This document shows, piece after piece, positions 10,717 to 21,411 of a stretch of DNA of 25,358 nucleotides. Source of the DNA: Octopus sinensis (Eukaryota). The stretch is from assembly GCF_006345805.1 (NCBI RefSeq), contig NW_021836215.1, positions 1 to 25,358 on the forward strand, given 5' to 3'. The position numbers and the translations under genes were made by a program. The stretch's first letter is position 1, and every line of letters begins with the position of its first letter. The notes below the pieces were generated by a model, which saw only the letters and a list, made by a program, of their open reading frames with translations, was not told where the DNA came from and made no database searches.

Positions 10717-10805
10717 TTTAAAGTGTTTTTCAAAATGTGTTATTTGCACGCACTATTCAAGGTCGTTTTTTATTTAATCACAAACAGTTAATTAAATAAA
10801 TTAAT
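10717..10805. repeat. Dispersed repeat Y, copy 1
   Basis: TTTAAAGTGTTTTT..ATTCAA(G/A)GTCGTTTTTTATTTAATCAC..TAAATTAAT aligns by eye with 12474-12559 in the same orientation. Confidence 0.7.
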
Positions 10806-10809
10806 TAGG

Positions 10810-11150
10810 TGAGTCCGACAATACGAAGGAATGTCCTCAACTTTTCTATGTGTTGGACATTTAAGCCAACACACTTTCTTACCGATCGTCGAGCCGTTTT
10901 CCTTAGGTATTCTTCCGGTATTTTAAGGACCTAATCATGCAAGTCGAGGACATCTTTGTTGTTCATTTTAACCAAAATGAGAAAATATTTTTTGTAGGGA
11001 AAATTATAAGGACCTCATCGAGGCTATTATTAATATGTTCGATTTTTGCGTGGAGGGTTTTGGAAACCTCATCATTTTGGACTTGTTCCCCATTATTAGC
11101 TTATTATAAGAGAAATGGATTTTCACACTTAATCTGTATTTTGCCTATTT
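10810..11150 (-). mobile_element. Possible mariner-like transposase C-terminal remnant
   Basis: Manual translation NNKDVLDLHD*VLKIPEEYLRKTARRSVRKCVGLNVQHIEK resembles the mariner C-terminus (..W..CI..NG.Y.E). No catalytic motif was recognised. Confidence 0.3.
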
Positions 11151-11399
11151 GAAGTTGGCGCGCACACACACGATTTGGTTAATAATATAGAAAATCGTAT
11201 TTTCTCCATTCACAGTTATCTGTATACTTCTTTAACTTTTCACAAAAATATTATGAAATGACAAATTTTTGCAAATATGCGAAAAGGCTTAGATTTGTCT
11301 CCACTGGAAAGGATAAATCTATTTTTTAGATAATTTTACGATAAATCCGAGTTTTTTTCCGTGCACAATTGGAGTATTTTTCATGTATCAAAAATTGTG

Positions 11400-12110
11400 C
11401 ACATGCAGTACGGTAGAGAATCACTTCAGTAGAATTTCTTAAAACGACTTCGTCTCCGCACAGCTCGGGACTGGGTTTCCTGCGTTTAACCTATAAGCTA
11501 ACTTTAGCGCCGTATTTTTTCATGTTTCAGCAAGTTTTCCTGGTATTGTTTCGAGTAGTACCATGCTTTCATAACATACAGTAGGCTGGGCAAAATGGTG
11601 CGTGGAAAACAAACTGGAAGGTTCTTGGATCTAGGTGCATAGCTCTTTAAAGCCAGAAAGTCGCGATGGCTTTCCCTCTCTTTTTTTGACATGCAAGCAG
11701 AAACCTGAGTTAGCATCGATTGTAAGCCCCAGGTAGCGTATACAGGTGAGTCAAGTAATTTCGCCGAATCTATGATTTGGCGATTTCCTTGCGTTAATTA
11801 GGAAATACGCTGATTTATCAATGGTCAGTTGCTGTTGAAGGCCTTTGAAACTTATATGAGAGATAGAGTTTTTTGAACTCCATTGCTCCCGAGGCTATAG
11901 ACTGAATCGTTATGAAACAGTCACTCCAGCCCCGCCAGGAACAAAAACCCCATTGCTGTGGGGGAAGCACTTTCTTCTCTTCGGCGAGGAAGTCAAGGCG
12001 TTTGACCATGAATTTTCCAATCAGCCTTGAGATGGTTGGAATTAGGCTTATGGGATTTATTTTCCGACGGCTGATAACTAATATTAGTTTCGCTGACATG
12101 ACTAACGCTT
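11400..12110 (-). mobile_element. APE-type LINE RT fragment with the central RT core deleted
   Basis: PISLIPTISRLIGK..LPPQQWGF..SDC..(D)FQRPSTATDH is joined directly to RYLGLTIDAN and ILPSLLY (thumb and downstream region). No YADD is present between them. Confidence 0.75.
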
Positions 12111-12286
12111 AAAATGCATCCGTTCAGGTGTCTCTTACGAAAAACTTTAATAAATAGTTAATATTTCTACGAAAATTTTTATAACTTCGCCGTCAATTGG
12201 TGGTCAATTGTGTTAATGAATGTGATATTTGCTTTTAACTTTTAAAGTATAGAATTTAATTAGTTATGTAAAATTAGAACACATAT

Positions 12287-12453
12287 TTAATTACTAGCAG
12301 AGGATAAGAGGCAATTCCCACGCAAGATGGCTATTGATATGCGTTGGAAAGCCATGTCCGTTCCCGATGATCATTTCTCCTTCTGCTTGCCAGGTCCCCC
12401 AGTTTAATAATGAATTTTTTAGTTCTGTGACCGAGGACTTCCGACGTCTTCAC
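12287..12453 (-). mobile_element. CRE-like retrotransposon extreme 3' fragment (not in ORF track)
   Basis: Manual translation VKTSEVLGHRTKKFIIKLGDLASRRRNDHRERTWL(fs)FQRISIAILRGNC..ASN* aligns with AVETSGVIGPQTLSFLRRLG..FQRISLAIMRGNC of ORF 12995-13303. Confidence 0.8.
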
Positions 12454-12473
12454 TTTAGTGTTTTTCAAAGACA

Positions 12474-12559
12474 TTTAAAGTGTTTTTTTCAAATCTGTTA
12501 ATCGCAACTCATTCAAAGTCGTTTTTTATTTAATCACGAACGTTTAATAATAAATTAAT
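12474..12559. repeat. Dispersed repeat Y, copy 2
   Basis: Matches 10717-10805 and abuts repeat X copy 1. Confidence 0.7.
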
Positions 12560-13003
12560 ATCGTAAAGAAGGTAAGCTGTACAAACAGGGAATACATAAA
12601 AGAAACGTTTATTCTAATATCAGAGGACAATCAAACCTACTGAGGTATAGGAAAATGTTGAACAGAAATATAAAAAACATGCAAATGATCTGAATTAGAA
12701 ATAAAACAGCTCATTTGCCAGAATTAACTAATGATTGACGAATTAATTAAAATATTGTAGAAGACTAAAACGGTCATTAATTAGCTTTTTATTTGTAATT
12801 TAATAGTAAATTGATTTTGGCCATATGGACATATGCGTAGCAATTCATAAACCCTGCTTTCATGCTACTGTAAAATGCTACAGGTTAAGAAAGTCAGGTC
12901 ATAAAAAATAATGGGGGTTGGTTAAAATGCAGCCTTCACTGGTTGCATGGGGCATAAAAAGAAAGCGCCTCTTTTTTAACACCAAAAAATTCAATTGAAA
13001 TGT
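12560..13003. repeat. Unclassified repeat X, copy 1 (site A empty; CRE insertion at site B)
   Basis: Shares TGATCTGAATTAG..CAGCTCATTTG..GAATTAACTAATGATTGACGAATTAATTAAAATATTGTAG..GGCCATATGG..GGTTGC..CATAAAAA..ACACCAAAAAATT with the other four copies. Confidence 0.9.
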
Positions 13004-13353
13004 TCCGACACTTTCTCCGCCAAGAATCTAATTGTCTCCGCTGCGGAACCGGGCTCAGTTGCAAAGCAGGCGGAACTAACAAAACAGAAGAAGTACCGGG
13101 TCCTGGCAAAGAATCATCAATTCACTGCAGTCGCGGTGGAAACCTCTGGAGTCATCGGCCCGCAGACGCTATCGTTTCTTCGCCGCCTTGGATCTAAGCT
13201 CGTGGTTGCCACGAAAGATCCCAACGAGTCGATCAGACTCTTTCAAAGGATCTCATTGGCCATCATGCGCGGGAATTGCCAGTCGATCCGCTGCGCATTT
13301 TAACCCTTTTCACTTTCTCTATTAGTATAAAATAAATTTAAATAAAAAAAAAA
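13004..13353 (+). mobile_element. 5'-truncated CRE-like retrotransposon (RLE C-terminus, 3' UTR, A-tail)
   Basis: ORF 12995-13303 reads CSDTFS..AE..KQKKY..FTAVAVETSG..FQRISLAIMRGNC. A-run at 13344-13353. Flanked by the 11-bp direct repeat AATTGAAATGT (12993-13003, 13358-13368). Confidence 0.85.
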
Positions 13354-13371
13354 TTTAAATTGAAATGTAAG

Positions 13372-14287
13372 TTCAAATAAGCCTAATATGCTCCGTCTCT
13401 AAAATTATGGAACGGATTGTCTTCACAAGGCTTTCGAACTTTGTAGAGGAATCAGATGCACTTGCAACGGAGCAGTTGGGTTTCCGACGAAAAAGATCCT
13501 GCAGAGATTGTTTCGAAGAACTCGAGAAAGCCATCTCGCATAGTCCTGCAAACAATATAGCGACTATTGCTATCTACCTCGATGTCTCAAAAGCTTTTGA
13601 CAGCGTATGGCACCTGGGCCCCTTGGAAAGTGTCGCCAAAATAAAACCCGAGTCTAGAACGGTCAATTGGCTGAAAAGCTATCTATCCATGAGGCGGTCA
13701 TACATACGATGTGGAAACCGTTTGTCGGAATTTGTCGATCTCAAAGGAGGGGTACCTAAAGGCTCGGTCTAGAGCCTTCTACTTGTTAATATTTACGTTG
13801 CTGATATTCAAAAATCGAAAGATCCTACCAGTCGTCTCATGATCTACTAATAACGGATGCTTCGTGGAGAAAAGACATCTCGTGAAGGAAATTAAAAGGA
13901 TACGTGACAAGAGTGGAAGAGTGGTGCATATCAAAAGGACTAACACTTGCAAAAGAAAAGTGCACCGCCACTTAGATTGCAAAACGAGGAGCTAAACGAA
14001 AACCGCCAAAAAACCTCCATGGGTTTACAGTAACGGAAAACCTAAAATATCTTGGAATTGAAGTTGGATCCAAGGGTTTTTACTCCAGATACATCGATTC
14101 GAGAAGAAGGAAATGCGCTTAAATTCTCAGAAGCATAATTCACTTCCACCTTTGTCCAGAAACATTTTTATATGTTTATAAAACGTGCATCGAACCATTG
14201 CTTACCTACGGGTTCGAGGGATGGTACCCTACTGCTGAGAGGAATGGCTTTATCGCTAAACTCGAAAAGACGAGATTATTAAAGAGA
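13372..14287 (+). mobile_element. APE-type (CR1/jockey-group) LINE RT fragment
   Basis: QISLICSVSKIMERIV, EQLGFRRKRS, YLDVSKAFDSVWH, WLKSYL, GVPKGSV, later KYLGIE and YKTCIEPLLTYG. Frameshifted. Confidence 0.85.
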
Positions 14288-14317
14288 ATTTGGTAGAATT
14301 CACTAATGATTCCGAAT
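14288..14317. repeat. Repeat X copy 2, left remnant ending at the target site
   Basis: ATTTGGTAGAATTCACTAATGATT is 22/24 identical to X (ATTTGCTAGAATTAACTAATGATT). It is followed by CCGAAT, a decayed GACGAAT. Confidence 0.7.
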
Positions 14318-15116
14318 CCAATCTTTACGTACATCTTTCGACCAACACCGCTGGGCCTGCTTTGAGACGGCATGTCGCCCTCACGCGGAGCCTGGCTAAA
14401 TGCCACTCCACTGCCTAGCATTGGGAACCTCTGGACTGCGAGTCCGTACGCACTGGAATCTGTTTACGTCTCGGTCTTCGCCTATGCGAGCCACATGTCT
14501 GCCGCTGTGGCGCGAAAATCTGTCGCTTTGGATTGCACGCTCTATCGTGCAGACGCAGTGCTGGCCGCATCCCGCGTCACGCCGCCTCTCTTAACGACCT
14601 TATCAGGAGAGCCCTGGAAGTCGCCGGAATCCCCTCCCTGCTTGAACCCACTGGGATCGATCGGGGGGACGGAAAAAGGCCTGACGGGATAACTGTGTTT
14701 CCTTTCAACAGGGGGAAGCCTCTCACCTGGGATGCCACGTGTGGTGGACTCTTTCTCGCCTCAGAACCTGCTGATGTCGGCCTCCGCTCCTGGATCTATT
14801 GTCACACCGCGGAATGCAAAAAGATGCGGAAGTACTCCTCACTTACGGAGAAGTTCCAATTCCTTCCATTCGCGGTTGAGACTTCCGGTTCCTGGGCAGT
14901 AAGGCAATCAGCTTCGTTCAGGAGATCGGGTCCCGCATGTCTGCCATCACAGGCGACGCCCGCGAATCGAGATGGTTTTTCGAGCGGATATCCCTTGCGA
15001 TAGTACGCTCAATTCTTTCTCGATCGCGTCGGCTTCCCGCACTTGAAGCTTTTAATTAATTAACTTGTAGTTATTGGTTGGTTTTCATCAAAAATATAAA
15101 ATAAAAAAAAAAAAAA
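14318..15116 (+). mobile_element. 5'-truncated CRE-like retrotransposon (CCHC zinc knuckle + RLE + poly-A) inserted in repeat X site A
   Basis: DQHRWACF..GAWLNA.P, LRLGLRLCEPHVCRCG..HALSC..GRIPRH, EPTGIDRGDGKRPDG..WDATC, AECKKMRKY, FAVETSG, ISLAIVR. A14 tail at 15103-15116, followed by TTGACGAATTAATT. Confidence 0.9.
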
Positions 15117-15425
15117 TTGACGAATTAATTAAAATATTGGAGCAGACTAGAACTGTCATTGATTAGCTTGTTTACTTATAATTTAAAGTAAATAACGTTT
15201 GGCCATATGGCCATATGGATAGGAATTTAAAAAACCTGCTTTCATTCTACTGTAAAATGCTACATGCTAAGAAAGTCAGGTAATGAAACAAGTGAAACAA
15301 ATGAGGCCATGTCGTAAATGCAACCCTCAGTGGTTGCATGGGGTATAAAAAGGGAACGCCTCTTTTTTAACACCAAAAAATTCAATTTGCATGGAAGTTC
15401 ATTTTTCAAACTTCAAATTAATTAT
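15116..15425. repeat. Repeat X copy 2, right part
   Basis: Resumes at ATTGACGAATT. Contains TGGCCATATGGCCA, ATGCAACC-N6-GGTTGCAT, TATAAAAA and TTCATTTTTCAAACTTCAAATTAA. The variable middle is shared with copy 1. Confidence 0.9.
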
Positions 15426-17090
15426 TTAAGCTAAAAATAAAAAAATTAACCAACAAATAAATTTAATAACTTACAAACTGAGCAATTTTTATTTTAAATT
15501 GAGTGAAAATGATTATCATAATCTTAAGCTGCTGATGATCGAGAAGACGTTGCATATTTATATGCAAAAAATTCTTCAATATCCAACGGATCAAAAATAT
15601 CTGTCCATTCTATTGGTATTTCATCTTCTAATTTATTTTCACGTTATCATGATATAGAATTTCGAAACAATTTGAAATGGTATGTTGCGATACTATCTTC
15701 TGATTAATTTTTCACGTCATAATTATTTAGAATTCCGAAACAATTTGAAATGGTATGTTACGATGCATCTTCCCATGCCATTTTAACAAATATCACAACA
15801 TTTTTTAATGTGATATTAATATTTATTGATGTTCTGAAAAATCCATTAAATATGCAAATTTGTGCTTAAGCGTTTTAAAATTTTTTATGATTTTCAGGTC
15901 CATTGGCTGGACCAAGCCTGTACGATTTCGCAATATAAACATGATTTCAATATTGGACAAATTTTTTGGTATGCAATGTGAAGGAAAGTTATCTAGAATA
16001 AGCAAAATTTGTTTTTTTTGTAATTTTAGATTAAAATCAAAGTTTAATAGCCAATCTATGAAGATTTTTCCAGTCATCCAGGCACGCTGGGAGCTATAAT
16101 ATGGAATAAATGAAACGTAATCGTAGTTTTTAAAACATCGGGGTTTTTTGGGCTTTGATATCATCACAGGTTTTAATTTATGAGTTCCATTCATATTCGT
16201 GCAAAGCATTATGGAAACACGATCCTTGAAATTTTTGTGACCTTTAAATCGGTTACAACAAATGGATTTTGAAGGAATGATTTTATAAAAAATCCAGTTT
16301 TATCTAAGTTGTAAATTTGATCATCATTATATCTCTGTGAAACTTCACGAAATTTAGAAAGAAAAGACTCAATGTCAACGGGATTGTCTGTTTTCATTTC
16401 TTCATACAATTTTCGCATTTAAAATCCATGTCGTTTTTTAAATTTTCCAAAAAACTATTTGAGTTTTTAAAATTTACTAGTTTAAGTTGTTGCGTAAAAA
16501 CATAGCTTTACTAGAAATTAAGGCATCATTAAGAAAACCGCCTAAATCTAAATAAGATACCTATATACTCAATCAAATCCATCGCTCAACGAATTTTTCA
16601 TCAGGTTTGGGAAACTTAAGATTTGCTTTTTTGAGGCTAGATTGTGTATCTTGTTATCTTTGAGAAGAGAATCTTTTTTCAAAAGAATGTTGTTGATTTT
16701 TTTCGAGAAATTTTTTTATTAAACAAAAAAGAAAATCTTTCGGCCAAAAATTGAGGACAGTGGTTCTCAAACTAGGGTACGCGAAAAATGTATTTAATTT
16801 TCGGCACCATTAAATGAATTTTGGTGTAGAATGATATCACAATGTCACAACATTGGATTTTATATAATAGAATCTTTGATTTTGTTTCCGACTACATATC
16901 TCTGCGAACAGAGATTTTCATCGTTGTTTAGTTTAAAATCAGTTCATCGTGCAAGGCTGAATGTTGATCGTGATATTCGTGTGACATTCGTCAAAGAATC
17001 CAGAACTCGATAGATTAGTTGTTGATAAACAACACCATTCATCTCATTATTAAATAATTTTTTTATTAAATTTTTAAAAAATCTATAAAG

Positions 17091-18467
17091 CAGACGTCAC
17101 CAACTACGGCCCGCGGGCCGGATCCGGCCCGCGCACTATTTCGAGATATTCAATTAATACCTTAATAATTAACTTAAATAAAAACTTTAATTAAAAAATT
17201 AAACTATTTTGCAAGATTTAATTCGAAAAAAACTTATCAGCATTAACGTAAATTTTTCTTTGTTGCTATGTCTAATATGAAAAGAAAGGTTGACCGCGAA
17301 TGCCGTGTATTCAATAAATTATGGGAATTGAAGTATTTTTTTGCGAAAGATGAATTAAAGCAGAAAGCTTATTGTTTAATATGCCACGAACATCTCTCTG
17401 TTATGAAGGAGTATAACATTCGACGTCATTATGAAACGAATCATGCTCCGATATATTCCAAGTACACTGGAAAGCTACGTGAGGATAAAGTTGAATCACT
17501 GAAACGCACTTTACAAATTCAACAAGGCCTTATAAAAAAAAATTTTGAAAATAATGAAAATGTAACAAGAGCTGGATACGAGATAACGAAAATTATTTCA
17601 CAACACGGGAAACCCTTTAGTGATGGGATGTATATCAAAAATTGCATTATTGAAGCAGTTAATTGTTTGTGCCCACTAAATTCTTCCTTATTTGATGGAA
17701 TAAGTTTGTCGGCGAGTTCTGTATCACGGAGAACTGAAGAGCTTGGGAAAAATATATATTTACAAGTTATTCGAGTCACAACTTGGAGTACGTCAGTTTT
17801 CACACTTTTCTTGTTTTAAAAGTTTTTGTGAGGCAAACTGTAATGAGATCGACATTTTTCCAAATTGGAATTATCAAAGAATAAAACATCATTTTTTTAC
17901 ATAAGTTTTCTGAACTTGACAAAATTGAAAGCGATATAATTTTGTTCGAAAATCCATTTTCTTGTAATGTTGAAAATGTTCAACATGAATTACAATTAGA
18001 AGTTATTGACTTACAATCAAATGAACAGCTCAAAGATTGTCACAGACGGACCAAACTCGCTGAGTTCTACGAAATCTCAAGGATGATGAGTTTCCGAGAC
18101 TAAAGAATTTTGCGATAAAGATGATTTCTATATTTGGCACAACTTACCAATGTGAGCAAACGTTTTCGAGGATGAAATATTTAGTCTTCCCATCGTGCAA
18201 GATTGACTGACGGACACTTAAAATCAATTCTCATGATAGGATGCAGCAATTTAAAACCAAATATTGATGAACTTATCAAAAAAGATTACAGTTCCATAGC
18301 TCTCATTAAAATTTTTGTTTACTTTATTTTTGTTTAAATTAGTTTTTTATTGTAAAAACAAACTTATGAATTTCTAATAAATTATAATCCTATGCACGTG
18401 CTCCGGCCCGCGTTCATTGTGTTGGGGTCAATCCGGCCCGCGAGTGCAAAAAGTTTGGTGACCCCTG
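17091..18467 (+). mobile_element. SPIN/GTF2IRD2-like hAT element, internally deleted
   Basis: Exact 8-bp TSD CTATAAAG (17083-90, 18468-75). Imperfect TIRs CAGACGTCACCAAC vs GTTTGGTGACCCCTG. Subterminal GGCCCGCG repeats. Confidence 0.9.
17268..18309 (+). pseudogene. hAT transposase retaining the N-terminal zinc finger and C-terminal dimerisation domain, catalytic core deleted
   Basis: ORF 17268-17819: KRKVDRECRVFNKLWELKYFF..CLICHE..KEYNIRRHYETNH..KPFSDG. Later: LQLEVIDLQSN..FGTTYQCEQTFSRMK..RARLTDGHL..SSH* (TAA 18307-09). Confidence 0.85.
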
Positions 18468-18785
18468 CTATAAAGGATACGCGAAAAATTATTTAGATGG
18501 CAAGGGGTATGCAAGGCAAAAAAGTTTGAGAACCACTGATTTAGGAGATTCACATACGTGATGAACCTGTTTTAAAAAATTTATTGTTTATAAATTACCA
18601 AAAGTCATAAAAAATTAAGACTAATCCATCTCTATTTTCTACATTGACAAAATGTTAGACAATTTTGCAACAATAGTAAATGGATCTCCATATGCTTGTT
18701 TGAACCTTATTAATCTAGGCGAAGGATTGATCCCAGAATGCATTTGAATGCGAGTCCTTTAAGTAATTAAAATATAATACAATAT

Positions 18786-19512
18786 CATGCAAATGATCTG
18801 AATTATAAAAAACAGCTCATTTGCTAGAATTAACTAATGATTAACGAATTAATTAAAATATTGTAGCAGACTATAACTGTCATTGATTAGCTTTTTATTT
18901 GTAATTTAATAGTAAATTGTAAATGGCCGCATGGCCATATGGATAGTAATCCATAAACTCAGAATTCAAATCACAGGAACAGGAAATGAAAATGCTACCC
19001 TCGGTGGTTGCGAGGCATAAAAAGGAAAAGCCTAATTTTTGACAACAAAAAATTAAATTGGAATGGAAAGTGTTCTAAAACAATTGAAGCATCAATTCAT
19101 TTTTCAAACTTCAAATTAATAATATTTAGTTTTTAAAATTTTTGACCGTTTGAAATTTTGAATGTCAGGTAAATGAGAACTTAAACAATCTAACAAATCT
19201 CTCATCTTTCGTTCGAAAAAAAGAAGGCTTGGGAACCAGTACTTTTCTGACAAAAACAGGACTGTCACTGTCACTGTAAACAAAGCAAGGTTCTTACAAA
19301 AAATCGAGTACGAGGTTTTTGAATGACTTAGTTGTAGAAGAATGCTATACAAGCTGATGCACGTGAGGATTTCTTCTCTGGTGATAAGGATGCCTGAGAT
19401 TCCTTTTAGTAGTTTCGGGGAAAGTGGGTCTTTTTAAGGCTTCTAACGATTCAGAAGATACACAGAAGACTGGTTGGCATTCCACAGTCATGTTCTACAA
19501 ATATGATAGCAT
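18786..19512. repeat. Repeat X copy 3 (site A empty, reads ATTAACGAATT); long copy
   Basis: Collinear with copy 5 from CATGCAAATGATC through ATGTTCTACAAATATG, with high identity by eye. Confidence 0.9.
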
Positions 19513-19599
19513 AGTTGTCATGTAAAAGGGTATCGAAACTTTTTTTTGAATAACGCAATGAGCTTGTGTTTCTGTAAGAATCAAATTTTCCAATTTCAC

Positions 19600-19975
19600 A
19601 CATTCGGAAAACAAGCTTTGGATACAGAAAATTGCATATTTGGTTTTCTATGTACGCGAAACTTAATAGATTTTCATAATTTTTCAAGGAAAATATCAAA
19701 CTGTATTTATTTTAAATGAAAAACTAATGACATTAAAACGAAAAATCGAATTTTGGAAGGCTTCCGTTAATAAAAATAACATTTTATGCTTTGCCCATTT
19801 GCACAATATCTGGATGAATCAAAATGTGCATTGAATGCTACAGTTCTCCGAAAAATCGAAGATCATTTGGATATTTTGAATGATAACATTCGGAAATATT
19901 TTTCGGATATATTTGAGGACAGTTGGGTTTAAAATACATTCAATATTGAAGTTTTGACATCAGAATACAATTCAA
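19600..19975 (+). mobile_element. hAT (Buster/ZBED5-like) transposase internal fragment (not in ORF track)
   Basis: Manual mosaic translation: WIQKIAYLV..AKLN..QGKYQTVFILNEKLMTLKRKIEFWK..NNILCF..IEDHLDILNDNIRKYFS..WV*NTF. Confidence 0.75.
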
Positions 19976-20019
19976 AAGAGATCCCTTTTTAATTTTTGAA
20001 GAGCATGCATCTCAAAATA

Positions 20020-21395
20020 TCTAGCTGATTTGAGGATACAGTTGTCGACAATAACTCCTAACATTATAGAGGAGGCGATGTTGCCGTAATTAAACACATA
20101 AACGGAAAATGGACTTTCTTAGACGATTTTTTAGATAACTATTATATTTGCAAAAAAAGTATCATAGTCCATGTAATTAAAAGCTGCAATATCCTCGTTG
20201 GGTGTTAACATATCTTCAAATAAACTTCTAAATAGTAATGCGGCTTTAAATACTAAAATAGTTGATTACAATTTGTTTTCATTCGGGGGACACTCGTATT
20301 ATATTTATTTTGTATACCGAAACTACAATACTTCTATGAAAATCTTCAAAAATGACCATGACGGATATTTATTTATTCCAAACTATGCATTGGAAAATTG
20401 TGCTATACAAAGTAAAATAATTATTTTATACCGAAATGTGATAAACTCGAGTGTGTTTACGTTGGGATCACCCAAGAGCAGAACAATTTTACGACAACCA
20501 AAGAAGATTTAGCGGTATTTGATCACTAAATTTTATAAGACGTACCTTCCCTGGGGTTCTGGTTATCTAAAAGTGAAATTTGCGTAATAAGAGGTGATGC
20601 CGACGGTGAGTTCCAAACAAGAGATTGCAATACTGAAAAATTGCAATACTTATTCCCTGTTTTTGAAAATAAATTGATAAAAAATACTGAAAAACACATT
20701 ATTTGTGAAACAGGAAGTTTTATTTTTATCAATCTCCAAGACAAAGTTGCGCCGGAAGCACCCTCGACAGCATGTAATTCATAGAAATTGAGTGACTAAC
20801 GATTAGTATTCATTGATAAAATACTGGAATATGACGGATAAAATTTAGTCTATTTAACATTAATACGACGCTGTCTGTTGCCAAAACAATTTGTAGTACA
20901 TTGGGAGAAGACCTCTTTGTTCCTCGCAATGAAAAGGAAAATTACGTTGTTTCTGGTTAATAGTCATTTTGTCATGTAAAAGATAATATGGAATTAACTA
21001 TTGGATTAAACTTTAAACAAAAGAACGTCAAGAATGCGTTTCTTCCTGGAGACGGTATCAAGAATGTAATTTCTTGAATGAATTTTTGTAGAATTATAAC
21101 AATTGGAAAATATGATATTCTAATTTGGATACTAATCAAAGTTGTGTGTATATGAAAATCGCAACTGGAATGTGGAAAAACGATGTTTGTAGGAATGCTT
21201 CATTTGTATGTCGGGGACAAAGTAGTATACAATCTACGATAATTGCTCAAACAATTTTTTGGGTCTCTTTATGTGAAACAGTTTCTAGAGTCACAAACTA
21301 GAGCTTACTCATTTATATTTGGCTCTAAAAAATATGTAATGTTTGGTTATCGCAAGACTTTTTACGAAGCAGTACGACTGTGTTTTAATTATTAA
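20020..21395 (+). pseudogene. Multi-C-type-lectin-domain (CTLD) gene, mannose-receptor-like array of at least four modules, micro-introns, pseudogenised or mis-assembled
   Basis: GT-AG introns at 20159-20183, 20515-20539, 20956-20982 and 21066-21091; degenerate ones at about 20412-20434 and 20714-20740. Splicing joins INGKWTFL..YYICKK; FSFGGHSYY..GYLFIPNYALEN..VYVGIT..TYLPWGSGY(fs)KSEICV..GEFQTRDCNTE..IICET; TLSVAKTICSTLGEDLFVPRNEKEN..TIGLN..NYNNWKI*YSNLDTNQSCVYM..TGMWKNDVCRNASFVC; and FGSKKYVMFGYRKTFYEAVRLC. Several stops and frameshifts. Confidence 0.8.
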
Positions 21396-21411
21396 TCACC
21401 TTGTTCACTAT

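Larger units (their letters stand above)
16758..18538 (+). mobile_element. Short non-autonomous hAT (Charlie-like, about 400 bp without its insert), carrying a nested hAT
   Basis: 16-bp TIRs CAGTGGTTCTCAAACT / AGTTTGAGAACCACTG. TSD ATTGAGGA (16750-57) vs ATTTAGGA (18539-46), 7/8 match. Dimerisation-domain remnant FPTTYLCEQRFS..K..HRARL (ORF 16831-17013). Confidence 0.9.
15500..18640 (-). mobile_element. Second pogo/Tigger-like transposase remnant, split by nested hAT elements; ends not found
   Basis: Across the hAT insertion the frame reads CESPKFLAERFSFLFNKKISR (HTH). Then KKRHG, IYNLDKTG, LCTNMNGTHKLKP, SQRAWMT, ILLILDNFPSH, LVQPMD and AWED..TISNCF. About 73-bp tandem duplication at 15623-15770. 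Confidence 0.8.

Noticed and set aside
11277-11402. Tc1-like N-terminus (MRKGLDLSPLER) and a 10-bp inverted repeat GTGCACAATT/AATTGTGCAC (11361-11402)
   Set aside because: Too short, with no TIR partner or downstream domain. The inverted repeat is a single occurrence.
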